Shown here in pieces: positions 42,834 through 58,089 of a stretch of 64,000 nucleotides of DNA. How positions within the stretch are numbered: position 1 is the stretch's first letter; each line of letters begins with the position of its first letter. Position numbers and translations under genes: made by a program. The notes below the pieces were generated by a model. It saw nothing but the letters and a program-made list of their open reading frames with translations. It searched no databases and was not told the DNA's origin. Origin of the DNA: the human T2T-CHM13v2.0 reference genome, Homo sapiens; NCBI RefSeq assembly GCF_009914755.1, contig NC_060939.1; one strand, written 5' to 3'.

Positions 42834-45361
42834 ACAAATGTATTTATTTTGTGTGTGGACTCGGATGCTTTTCTGAGCAAAGGGCTCATAATTTCTCTTT
42901 AGCTCTCAGAGGGATCCTTCATCACTGATAAGGATGAAAGAGCTTCACTGCCCTCATACAAATTAAGAAAAAGGGGCCCAGATTTAGACTGGAGGTAAGA
43001 ATGCTGAGCACTGCTCTGTCATTTCAAAGGAGTTTATAATGTTCTCATTCTTCAGAAACTTTAAGAAAAGAACAGCTACCACCACCCATGTTCTAATTTA
43101 CAATGTGTACCAATTAGCAAGATACTGAATTAAGAAATATGGGGTTTTCAACTTGCTATCTGGACTTCTATGTTGACTTTGCATAAAGTGATTAAATCTG
43201 ATGCTCTCGCATGGACTCCTGGGGCTCCCTTATTGTGAAATGGACAAGCACCATAAGGATTGGCAGAGAAGTGGGATGGGAGGTGGATAAAGGATACTGG
43301 GTTCCTGTAAAACAGCAAACATCTGGGCATAGAAGGACTTCTCATTATTATATATAATGGCAGATAGTGGCTTTATAGGTTGCAGATAAAATACAACAAA
43401 ATATTAGGAAGTCACAGAGATAATGCTCTTTTTTTTCCTGATGAGAATGAAATAAAGAAAAGGCATTTTTACATTTGTTGTGATAGATACTTCTTTGTAT
43501 TACACTTGTAAAATATAATTTCTATCTAGGATTTTCCTTTCTGGAATGGGGTATGGGGAGGACAGGCAGATCCGTAATTTCTTAGAGGAAAATTTTCAAT
43601 GAATGTTTGTTTCTTTAAGACATAATCATTGCCTTTCACTATAACACGAGTTAATTCAGTGGTCAAAGGCAATATTTGTAAAATATTTATTTTACCATGT
43701 AATGCCAAACCATTGGTCTGGTATTACAGTCATTGATCCAGATGGCTGAATTTGCCATATGGTTTCTTACTACTTACAACATTCCTGGAAAGGTGGCTAT
43801 TTCATCCAAATGAGCCTTCAACTACTGCAGTGTCCAAGTTTCATGCAAGGGGCCTGCTACCATTACCTGATAGCTCTTGGAAGCAATGCTCAAATCAACA
43901 GATCTTTTGTAGTTCTCTTTAATGGAGCCTGGATGATGAATTTACATCTATCTATCAGAAACATTGTCTTCTGCCCTACATTACTAATGACAGAAAATTG
44001 TCTCTATATAATTCATCAAAGTATGTCTATAGACTCACTCCTTTATTATCTTTTCTCTTGCAAACTGTATAATTCCCCCTTCATTCCACGTCAGGGGAGA
44101 CCTTTAATCTTGCTTGGGTGCATTCTGTAGGGCTTTCTACATTAAAGAGACTGAACAGGTGCCACTGGAGGCAACAAGAATGGGAGCAAACCACGATGAG
44201 GACGGTCCTAGGGTAGTGACTTAGTAAATGGCTAGACAGAAAACATTTTCTAAGAGATCACAGCCTCAGGAAAAGGAGTTTTAAATGTTTATTTGACAAA
44301 AAATAACTTATTCATATTTACATATCTCTTTACTTTTCCTGCAGAATGGTCACCCTATAATATTGATTTACCCTTGAAGAACATTTGCAATTTGATGTAT
44401 CCCTGACACACATACTTTAATTCTTTGTCCTCTTTAATAACAGAGACTAAAATGAGTGAAATTCTGATAACCTAATCATGGTATTTCTATTTCAGTGTCA
44501 TAATGGGATCCTTCAAAATGACTGACAATATTATATGATTCACAAACCTAAGCCTTTGATGTCTCAATGCTTTTTCTATTCCTGTCTTAGATTTTGCTCC
44601 AGTGATGTATGGTGGGGAGGTAGGACTGAAGTGAACTCTTTTCCCAAGGGCAGATGTTCCATTGGAAAATGTGTTAGAAATAATGACTTAATATAGAGAA
44701 ATACAGTGAAAGGACAAAATCAAAAACTTTTAGGTAAAATAAAAGCACAGAGATTTTAAATATGGATTTAAGATCCTACAGTATGAGTTGAATACATGAT
44801 GGGAAGTTTTACTCCTCGGTCTGGTATACGCTTCTGGTATATACATGAAGACCAGACTCAACATGAGTAGAGATTTTCTGACAAGGGTATAGTAGATCTG
44901 CTTTTAGCTTTGAAAAACAGTAATGAAATAAATTGTCTGAAGAATAATTGAGAAAAAGATGAGAACTATAACAGAGACTGGCTTACATTTCTCTTTATCT
45001 TCCCAACATGCAATGAAGTGCTGGACACAAAGTAGCTGTTCAATAAATTGTGCCAGGATTGAGAGGGGATGATGCAAGTTAGTGGGCTTTTCTGATTTTA
45101 CTTTTTTTAATTTATAGATCAACTCTACCCTAAGCTCTGGAGTCATACAGTAGAGAGTGCCAATCCTAACTGCCCATTAACTATCTCTAAAATGCAACCA
45201 AAACGAGATTTCCCAGGATTCTTTTCCCTGTGTAGACCTGTATTAGAGATGGTCTTAAGAGATTTTGTTTCTTTTTTTTTTTATCTTCAGTGAAGTTGAG
45301 GCTGTTAAGCCCCAAAGATGTAAGATTGTTTTTTTTTAATTGTTTTGCATTGCAATTGATA

Positions 45362-45414
45362 TTTTTAATTGATAAATAAAAATTGTATATATTTATGATA
45401 TACAGCATGGTGTT

Positions 45415-45452
<38 letters not shown>

Positions 45453-45715
45453 TACATACACACATTGTGATATGGCTAAATCAAGCAAATTAACATATAC
45501 ATTACCTCACATACTTAATCTTGTGTGTGTGTAGTGAGAACATTTAAAATCTATTCTCCTAGCAATTTTCAAGAATACAACGTATTGTTATTAACTACAC
45601 TCACCATGATGTCATGATGTAAGTAGATCCTTTAAACTTAATGCTCCTAACTGAAATTTTGCCTTATTTGACTAACATGCCCCTAACCCCCCAGCCCACA
45701 GCCTCTTGTAACCAC
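45362..45715 (-). mobile_element. 5'-truncated L1MA 3' end containing a (TA)n(CA)n microsatellite
   Basis: aattgataaataaaaattgtatatatttatg...gctaaatcaagcaaattaacat...gcctcttgtaaccac; TSD TCTTAAGAGATTTT at 45253-45266 and 45726-45739. Confidence 0.85.
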
Positions 45716-45759
45716 TTAAGAATTCTCTTAAGAGATTTTTGTATGAGATTTGGGTTGTG

Positions 45760-47629
45760 AAGTATCTGCTGCCATTGCACATTTCATTTAAAGTAAGGAT
45801 AATGGGATTTGATTGACTTTCTAAGTGTAGTAGAGAATTTGAAGACCCACAGAGTCTACATTTATGAAAACTAACTGAAAGTCTATTTCTGTGGGTAACT
45901 TAATTATATTTGATATAGATTTCACAACCATGCAAAATCATATGAACTTTGGACACGAATTGAGAAGGAATGAGACCCTGAAACTTAAGATAGGGTCATA
46001 TGGACAGGTTCCAATGAAGGTGAGGTCCGTGAATGTCTAAAGTCTGCCAATTTTTCTTTCCAATATAAGCAATATTTCCTCTCCTCAGTAGATCATTCTC
46101 CCTTCCTTGAAAAACCTATAGCTGGCTCCTTCCTGGTAGCTTTCTTGAAGGGGAGTACTAAACTCCTCAGCATCTAACTCAATCTCCTCTCATTCCTTCT
46201 GGACCTATAACCAGAGAAGTGTTGTCAGAGAACAACAAAATTGCATGATTTTCCAATTTATATTGAAATACCCTGGGATATATGAGTAGAAATGGATTCT
46301 AGGGAGGTTGCTTATGAGTTAAAAAAATAATGTCAGATCTAGTCAATTTATAGATAAGGTTGCACTAAACAGAGTGACTAAAGTGTTTAACAGTTTGCTT
46401 GCTTGGATGGTTGAAATATGGAACTATATGTGGACTGAATGAAATTGAAATACCAGCAAATTTATTCTGTGAGACCTGCTTACTAATCCCCTATGTCCTC
46501 CAAAAGAGGCTAGAGAAGCTTTTCTTCATGAAAGCTTTGAGAAATACATTTGTGAGCAGAGTGACAGCATCCTTAAAGAGCTCTCTGGTGGCTATTCCCT
46601 GCAGGCCAAAAACAAGAGTGACAAACAGGGTTCCTAGAATTCAACAAAGATGATGGAAACTTAAGGTTGCAGGGCTTAAGTGAAAGTACTTAATCACCAG
46701 AGACAAGATGTATGCGGTGACCAAAAGGGACAGCAGAGCCATCGTAGTAATCAAAAGGATTCGACCCTCAGAGATCTTTGGTATTGGCTGATTGATCAAG
46801 GCATTCTTATAAATTAAATAGTTGTGCATCGCTCTACTGTTTTACTTTATGCTTATAAGTAGAAAATCTCCATGTCTGATGAAAAGAAGTATGAATGAAT
46901 CACCCACTTAAGAGACATGGCATTTCCACAAAATCCTCAGACATGAACCAGTTCACAGTCCCAGTGTAAAATTGCATAAAGGTAGGGGACAAGGGAATCA
47001 AGTACTCTTTAGGAAGGATCTGACTACACTACCAAAAAGGTATAGCATAATCCTTTCTCCCAGCATTCTCCGGAGGTACCTGAACCTCTTTACCAGGGTG
47101 AAGTCCACCAACAAGGGGTAAATAACCAGACTTTTCAGGGGTTGCTGGGCACTGAGCTGATACTAATTACAGAGACCCCAAAACACCACCATTGGTATGG
47201 GTGCTTATTGAGGTTGGGAGATCAGTGGAGTTTTGGCTTCTGTTCTTCTCACAGTGAGCTCAGTAGGACCATGGCTTCATGCTGGGGTTACTCCCCAGTT
47301 TCAGAAACCATAGTTAAAATAGGCATACTTAGAAACTAGAAAAATTTCTATATTGGGTCCCTGATCTTTGGAGTGAAGTTTATTATGATAGGAAGAGGAA
47401 AGTGGAAGGCATTAAAGCTGCCTTTAGCTACCATGGTATTAAGCAGAAATAGACATTTCTGGAGTGATTACAGAGATTCCTGACATGACCAAGAATTTGA
47501 ACTATCCAAGGTGGTGATTCCCATTTCATCCCCTTCAACTCAGCTTCATGATGCCTCTGTCCTATACAGCTTCACGGTGTCTTCTGAGGCATCATCGTTG
47601 ATCAGAAGCAATGCCTTGGAATATATCTG

Positions 47630-47672
<43 letters not shown>

Positions 47673-47930
47673 AAGAGAGAGTGAAAAAAGTCATATTCAT
47701 TAACTCACTAGTCTTAACCATGTTTTTCATCACACTGAAACAGGTGGCCTATTACCATAGTGAGGTGGACTTTTGAGGCAAGGTAGGCAGCATCACCAAG
47801 CCTAGGATAATGTTGTCCACAACGTGTTTGATGGTCTACATCACTGGTCAACATATAATATTGTTTCTGACATAGCAAAGGCTCATGGATTTGGGAATCA
47901 AGGGATGGAACAGGGCTCTTCTTTTACTGT
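45760..47930 (+). mobile_element. Decayed ERVL-class internal region (gag/pro/pol remnants)
   Basis: 47142-47195 reads LLGTELILITETPKHH (ERVL protease-like LLDTGSELTLIPGDPK); ~47350-47422 reads IGSLIFGVKFIMIGRGKWKALKLP (ERVL pol N-terminus-like); boundaries approximate. Confidence 0.75.
47632..47669. repeat. (GT)19 microsatellite
   Basis: Perfect dinucleotide run. Confidence 0.97.
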
Positions 47931-48075
47931 CAATGATACATTTCTGGACTCAGCTCACATATTAGGAAGGATGGAAAAATCATCTTTTGAAACTTGCTAA
48001 AGATTATTGCACTTCTTAACTTGGAATCTACAGATGGAATTTAGGAGTTTAATGCGCCCTCTAAATAGTATGTAA

Positions 48076-48394
<319 letters not shown>

Positions 48395-49964
48395 TTATGT
48401 ATATATGATTTTTATGAGGAGAAGGTCTATATCATTTATCACGTTTCCAGTGGCTCATAACTTAAGAGTTTTATAACCAGGGCCCCACCTGAAACTGTAT
48501 TTAACACCAGAGCAAGTAGATGAGGTGAATGACTATTTGGGGGTCACCATTTTTATCCTTAAGCTATGGCCTCCCCAAATTATTATTGCCCATTGTTCAA
48601 TTATAATGACTTTAAGCATTTTAACCACCACTGTTACTAAAATGAGCTTAATTTTTATTTGTAACCCAGAAGTATACACGTAATTTAATCTTATTAGAGA
48701 ACCACAAGTATTAGGACATGGTATGAAATAAAATGTATCAAGTAAAGCTTATCCCAGATTCATAGAAAAATGAAGATAAATGCAGACACATTGAATATTT
48801 TCTCATCTTGCTGTTCCCTCTAGATGATTTTATTTACCTTCATGGTTTCGGCTCCAGCTCAAATGCAAGTGACTCCAACACCTGTGGGTTCATGAGGAGT
48901 CTCCTTAAATGTCCCCTGACAGGTGAATTGCCATTGACTTTAAGACCTCTGCTGAAAGAAGTGGCCTACACACAAGCAGCTACAGTTAGAAAATAAATCA
49001 ACATATATTTGTATACACATGCACACGAAGAGTAGGTAGAAATGGTCTTCCAAGGGATGCCCACCGCAGTCCTCCTGATTTAAGAAGTATAGATGTAGAG
49101 TTCATAGTAGCCATGTCATCTGCTAAAACATAACTGCCCTTCGGTGCCTTAGTGTAAGAAAACGCTGTGCCCATAGCTTGCTTGTAAGGAAATAACATTT
49201 TCTTTTCTTGCAGTGGACTGCATAGGTTTTCTTCCGTTTTCCCACTCCATTCCCTGCATTGCCTCTTCCTTGTTGCTCCACTGTTTCTGAACCACAAAGC
49301 AAGTAGGCCATTTACAAAACACCAGCTGATTAGGATGAATCTGCTCTGGGCCCATGCATAAAAAACTTGAAAGTAGAAAAAAAAATTGAAAAGGATAAGA
49401 GCTTTTCAATCAATTTGATAAAAAATTTAAGTTAATTAAAGGAAGACTCTATTTTTCCCTAGAAGGCGATGCTGATCTTTATTATTAATGCATACCAGCA
49501 TTCCATAGCTGTGCATAATGATGGCCTGTAACATCAGGAGCAGTTTCATCTGGAGCCTAATTTGTCATAAAATCTTTTCTAGTATTCTTAAAGTGTGGCC
49601 TCTGCCACTGCCTCCCTCCCGCTCCAGGGTTAGTTCTGAACTCTGAGATAATGTCTTCCTTGCTGCCATCACCTGAGAATTAATTTGCAAGATTGTTTTT
49701 AGTTTTAAAGTAGTTTTCCAACCTTCCAAAAAAATCATTTATAGGATTTTCACTTTGCTTTCATTTTTTCTTTAGATTCTATTAATAGAAACCCTTGTCA
49801 AAACATCATACACATGCAATATTCTTTTCTGTAAGAACAGCCCTAGCAGAGAGGGAGGAAAGAGAAAGGAGATTAAAAGGTGCCACATTTGAATTCAGAT
49901 ATTGCTGTTTTAGAAGATTAAAATATTTCTCCAAACAGGAGTATCAAGTTTAATTGAGTCATTC

Positions 49965-50050
49965 ATTCCTACATTCATTCATCTGGATACACGTGAATTG
50001 AGCACTTCCTATATGCCAGGCACTGTATTAGACATTGGGAAGACAAATAT
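49965..50050. mobile_element. L2 terminal fragment
   Basis: cattcattc...ttgagcacttcctatatgccaggcactgt. Confidence 0.65.
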
Positions 50051-50766
50051 GCTTCATGTAGTTTTGCAGCTAAGGGGATTAATGTATTTCATAACCTTAT
50101 ACTTATTGTCCTAGATACCATGAGGGTAAAAAAAATTAAGTTACACTTCCAAGTTTCAAGGGATTACTATTTCATACAAACATACCAATTAGAGCCTAAC
50201 ATAAAACATTGTTCCAGCCTGTGTGTAAGTAAGAGGTGTCAGATGTGAAAGCCCATGTGGGTCACAGGGTTCGGAGGAGACTCTGTGAGGGAGGTGGATC
50301 CAAGAAGGGTGGACTGAAATCATGGCGCATTAATACTGTATAATATTGTGCAGCTAGTTTAACAAATGAGTTAGATTAATAAGTATTCATGATAAACTAC
50401 TGAGTATGAAAAACAAAGTTCCAGAAAAACAGACATATTGTAATTCATTATTTGTAAAAATAAAAATAAAAAACTTCTAAAAAATTAGAATGATGGGCTG
50501 AATTTGGATAGGCAGTGAGAAGGAAGGGACATGAAAACATGACAGACAGTAAACATTTTTTACAGCCATATAGTGTCCAGGGACAGGGAAGAGAGTGGCT
50601 GTCTGTGGCATATATGGGGTAACCATTTCAAGAGAGAAATAAGACAATGTGGGAAGAGATTTATGCTCTGTTTTATAATCTGAAAACCAAGAGCTGCAAT
50701 CAATGTAGCTATCTTTTCTTGAAAAAGGCCAATAGGTAGGCCCCAGCACCGATTCAGGACAGATGG

Positions 50767-53028
50767 TGACATGGTTTGGCTATGTCCCCGCTCAAATCTC
50801 ATCTTGGATTGTAATTCCCATAATCCCCACATGTCATGGGAGGGAGTCAATGGAGGGTAATGGAATCGTGGGGACAGTTTCCCTCATGCCGTTCTCGTCA
50901 TAGTGAGTTCTCAAGAGATCTGATGGTTTTATAAACGTCTGGCATTTCCTCTGCTGGCACTTTTTCTCCAGTCGCCCTGTGAAGAGGTGTCTTGTGCCAT
51001 GATTGCAAGTTTACTGAGGCCTTCCAAACCATGCAGAACTGTGAGTCAATTAAACCTCTTTTCTTTATAGGTTACTTGGTCTTGGGTATTCCTTCATAGC
51101 AGTGGTGAGACTGAAATAATACAGTAAATTGGTATGGGCAGTGGGGCACTGCTGTAAAAATACCCAAAAATGTGGAAGTGACTTTGGAACTAGGTAACAG
51201 GCAGAGGTTGAAACAGTTTGGAGGGATCAGAAGAAGACAGGAAAATGTGGGAAACTTTGAAACTTCCTAGAGACTTGGAGGGCTCAGAAGACAGGAAGAT
51301 ATGGGAAAGTTTGGAACTTCCTAGAGACTTGTTGAATGGTTTCGACCAAAATGCTGATAGCGTTATGGACAATGAAGTCCAAGCTGAGGTGGTCTCAGAT
51401 GGAGATGAGGATCGTGTTGGGAACTGGAGCAAAGGTGACACTTGCAATGTGTTAGTAAAGAGACTGGCAGCATTTTGCCCTTGCCCTAGAGATCTTTGGA
51501 ACTTTGAACTTAAGAGAGATATTTAGGGTATCTGGTGGAAGAAATTTCTAAGCAAAGCATTCAAGAGGAAGCAGAGCATAAAAGTTTGAAAAATTTACAG
51601 CCTGACAATGCAATAGAAAAGAAAAACCCATTTTCTGGGAAGAAATTTAAGCCTGCTGCAAAAATTTGCATAAGTAAGAGTAGCTGAATGTTATTCACCA
51701 AGAAAATGAACAAAATGTCTCCAGGACATGTCAGAGACCTTCACAGCAGCCCCTCCAATCAGCCCTTCCCAGGGGGCTAGAAGGAACAAATGGTCCCCCT
51801 GCTGTGTGCAGCCTAGGGACTTGGAGCCCTACATCCTAGCCGCTTCAGCCATGGCTAAAAGGGACCAAGGTACAGCTCAGGCAGTGGTTTCAGAGGGTGT
51901 AAGCCCCAAACCTTGGCAGCTTCCACATGGTGTTGAGCCCATGGGTGCACAGAAGTCAAGAATTGAGGTTTGGGAACCTCCACCTGGATTTCAGAGGGTA
52001 TATGGAAACACCTGGATGTTCAGGTAGAAATTTGATGCAGGGGTGGAGCCCTCATGGAGAACAGAACCTCTACTAGGGCAGCGTAGAAGGGAAATGTGGA
52101 TTTGGAGTTCCCCCTGGAGCACTGCCTTGTGTAGCTGTGAGAAGAGGGCCACTGTCCTCCAGAACCAATAATTGTAGATCCACCGACAGCTTGCACTGTG
52201 TGCCTGGAGAAGCTGCAGACATTCAGTGCCAGCCCATGAAAAACAGCTAGGAAACGAGTTGTACCCTGCAAAGCCACAGGTCATGGGAGATCACCTCTTG
52301 CATCACTTTGACCTGGATATGAGACATGGAGTCAAAGGAGATTATTTCAGAGCGTTAAGATTTAATTACTGCCTCAATGGATTTCGAACTTGCATGGGAC
52401 CTTTGCCCCTTTGTTTTGGCCAATTTCTCCCATTTTTAATGGGTGTATTTACCCAATGCCTGTACCTCTAGTGTATCTAATAAGTAACTAACTTGCTTTT
52501 GATTTTACAGGCTGGTAGGCCGAAGGGGCTTGCCTTGTGTCAGATGAGACTTTGGATTTGGAGTTTTGGATTAATATTGGAATGACTTACGATTTGGGGA
52601 GACTGTTGGGAAGACATAATTGTGTTTTCAAATGTGAGGACATGAGATTTGTGATGGGCCGGGATGGAATTATATGGTTTGACTGTGTCCCCACCCAAAT
52701 CCCATTTTGAATTGTAATTCCCATAATTCCCACATGTCATGGGAGGGACCTGGTAGTAATTGAATTATTGAGGCAGTTTCCTCATGCTGTTCTGGTGGCA
52801 GTGAGTGAGTTCTGACAAGAACTGATGGTTTTATAAGCATCTGGCATTTCCCCTGCTGACACTCATTCTCTCTTCTGCTGCCCTGTGAATAGGTGCCTTC
52901 TGCCATGATTGTAAGTTTCATGAGGCCTCCACAGCCATGCAGAACTGTGAGTCTATTAATCCTCTTTTTTTAATAAATTACCCAGTCTTGGGTATTTCTT
53001 CACAGCAGCATAAGAATGGATTAATACA
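50767..53028 (+). mobile_element. Complete THE1 (THE1C-like) MaLR: LTR 50767-51123, internal 51124-52669, LTR 52670-53028
   Basis: Two homologous ~360-bp LTRs (tgacatggtttggc..aataca); internal part starts gtaaattggta; degenerate TSD GATGG/GACTG. Confidence 0.95.
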
Positions 53029-53799
53029 GACTGGAAGTGCCCAAGCTAGAAGACTACATACCTCCTTTGTAAAAGAAATTCTAGAGAAAATACTAAGCTA
53101 CTGAGAAGAAATGAATCCATGGGACAGAGGAGGTTGCTTATGGTCATAGATAACAGGAAGTTATCCAGAGATTGAATACCAAATATCTCTAAAAATATGT
53201 CAACATAGTATTCAAAATTCTAAACAGGAAATGTATTCCCATTCTCCAGTAAAAAGCAGAAAAGAGAAGAAAAAAAGATTTAGGAATTGATTTAATGCCC
53301 AGACAGAAGCAGGATAGGGGGAGAAAAGAAGAGAAAGAAAAGTGACCAACAAAACTATATCCAGTTTAGAGAAGTGGAAGCAAAAAGGATGTAAAATGAA
53401 GACCAAATGAGAATCAAAGAGAAAAACGTTTCCTGTGCTACCCGGCAAGGGAAATGGGCCCTCTTCAAGGCTGAAAGGAGGGAGAGGAGGGGGAGAGCAA
53501 ACTAGAACTTCTCCCACTCCAGCTTTCTTATCCAATTTATCCTGTGGAGAGAAGATCTACTAATAAAAGAGGAAATTAAATAGCCTGAATCATTAGTTTT
53601 CCCCGTACCAGCTCATTGGTGACATAGCCCACTATCTCCAAGTTGGCCAACCCTCAGTAATTCTAACAGTGAGGGTAAGGGGAGTGGAAAGAGATGAACT
53701 ACAGGTATAAGGATCATTTAGCCAGCAAACTCTTGCTAAAGACTAACAATACAGTAACATTGCACTTTGCCTGTGAATTAGTTCCTAATGTAAATGTCT

Positions 53800-56130
<2,331 letters not shown>

Positions 56131-56964
56131 TATTCCTTATCTCTCTCTATATAGTAATGTATATATCGTAAATATATGCTCACATATAATGTATATGGTA
56201 GTATACAGTACGCAGTTGAGTGTACAGCCCATTATATTTTTATTTTTTAAGAGAGAGAAACGGATACAAATAACAGAGTAATAGAGTGTGTATTCTAGAA
56301 TTTGCATAAGTTAAATGGTAGTATATTGCTACTAGACCATTGTTTTCTTCTAGACAAATAAATTATTGATATTCCTTTATATGACCTACAATAATTAATA
56401 AATCACCAACTTCAATTCTTTTTTCTGGGTTCTTGCCCTTAATTCTGATATCAAACCCCCCCCCTTGTTTTTTTTACATCTGAGATGTCATTTAACAAAC
56501 ATTTTTGGGCTGTAGTTTTCTTGGCTAACAACAAGAATTTGGACTATACTGTCTCTGAATGTCTGCCAGCTATACATCTTGTGTTTTGATTTTATTGGTA
56601 TCAGAGCTAGCTCTTCTTTTCCTGAGTCTCTGGTTTGTCCTTGCCTTGTAGAACCTATAGATATGGTAAGCAGTGGTGCTTCCTTCTTCCCAAAAGCATC
56701 TTATGCTCTGATAATCTGCCCCTCATTTGTTTCTCGGAATGCCTTTCCTTAACCTTTTTACCCGTGGATGCTGAGGACCTAGCAATGAACCAGATCATTT
56801 AAGTCTCTTCGTAATGTAGATTAAATTCATAGATCTGCAAGTGGCTTCTGTCAAGTGCATAAGACACCATCAATATATTATGCACAAATAAGATTTTTGT
56901 TCCAAATTATTAACCTAGCTTCATTTTCCCTTGCAACTCATTTTATGGGTTTTTAAAAATGCTA

Positions 56965-57965
56965 CTGAATGGTAAAAACTCAGATTGTTTTTTCTCTGCT
57001 CTCACCCCACAACAATCAACATAGAAGACTTCTGTGACCAAATATATGTAGGGCTTTCCCCACCAGCAGGCAGCCCATCAGTCTGCACTGGGCACCAGGT
57101 GAGTGCCTTCTAATTTAATTCTGACACTGTCTACCTGGAGATTGTGTTAGATCCCACAGGTTGAGGGCCCAGTCCTCAAGACTGCCGCACAATCCCCTCG
57201 CTTCCAATGCCCATTGCAAGCCTCAAGTTATTTTGCCTGTGCTTCTGACTGACTGACTTATAAATCAGGATTCCCATGACCCCCTCCTTCAATTCCATTG
57301 ATTTGCTAAAGTGTTTCACACAACTCAGGGAACTACTGGTTTATTATAAAGGATATAACAAAGGATACAGATGAAGAGATTCATAGGGCGAGGCATGGGA
57401 AGGGGCACAGAGCTTCCATGCCCTCTCCAGGCACCACCCTCCCAGTATCTCCACCTGTTTGTCTATCTGAAGCTCCCCAAACTCAGTTTTTTGGGGTTTT
57501 ATGGAGGCTTCATTCCATAAGCATGATTGATTAAATCATTTAGCATTGATGACCAGTAGACAATGATCAATTCATTGGCCATTGACTATATATGTGGGTG
57601 TGGTTTTTTTTTTTTAGAACTTATAAGACCATATTTCAGTATTTTTCGGCCTCCATTTTTTCTAATGGAGAGTAAATTATAGTTTTTTTTCTAAATATGA
57701 TGACATTTTTCTCAGTCATGTTTAAGATTGAGCCTGCAGCCCCTCTCCCCTCTTTGAAAGTTGGAGTTGAATGTCCCAATCCTCTAGCTCTGCTTAGGTC
57801 ATTCATTCAGAAGACCAACCCCCATCCTGAAGCTGCCCAGGGACCGCCAGCTGTCAGTCAACTCATTACTGTAAAGAAAACACCACTTTGGAGATTCTAA
57901 GGATTTTAGAAATTGTATTGCCAGAAACAGGGTAAAAGGCCAAATATATATTTTACAATATCATA
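56965..57965 (-). mobile_element. MER21-family solo LTR with an internal foreign patch
   Basis: ctgacactgtctacctggagattgtgttagatcccacaggttgagggcccagtcc...ccactttggagattctaaggattttag motifs. Confidence 0.75.
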
Positions 57966-58089
57966 GCTATATAATATATATCTTTGAAATGTTCTTTATA
58001 TTTTCTTGGGACATTTCACAGATTAATAAATGAATAACAAGCTCACAGAATAATTCAGACGTATACTCAAAAATCTTCATTGATTCCCT

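Noticed and set aside
43759-44130. 123-aa ORF in apparently unique sequence (likewise 641-1018, 6528-6944, 62427-62816)
   Set aside because: No recognisable domain, composition typical of AT-rich non-coding DNA, no coherent exon structure
44803-44878. Imperfect hairpin (GTCTGGT...ACCAGAC, TTTTACTC...GAGTAGAG) as a miRNA/MITE
   Set aside because: Short interrupted stems, compatible with chance; no family recognised
51218-51330. ~57-bp tandem duplication and 102-aa ORF in the THE1 internal region
   Set aside because: As I recall this is a common THE1C-internal feature; the ORF is a MaLR remnant
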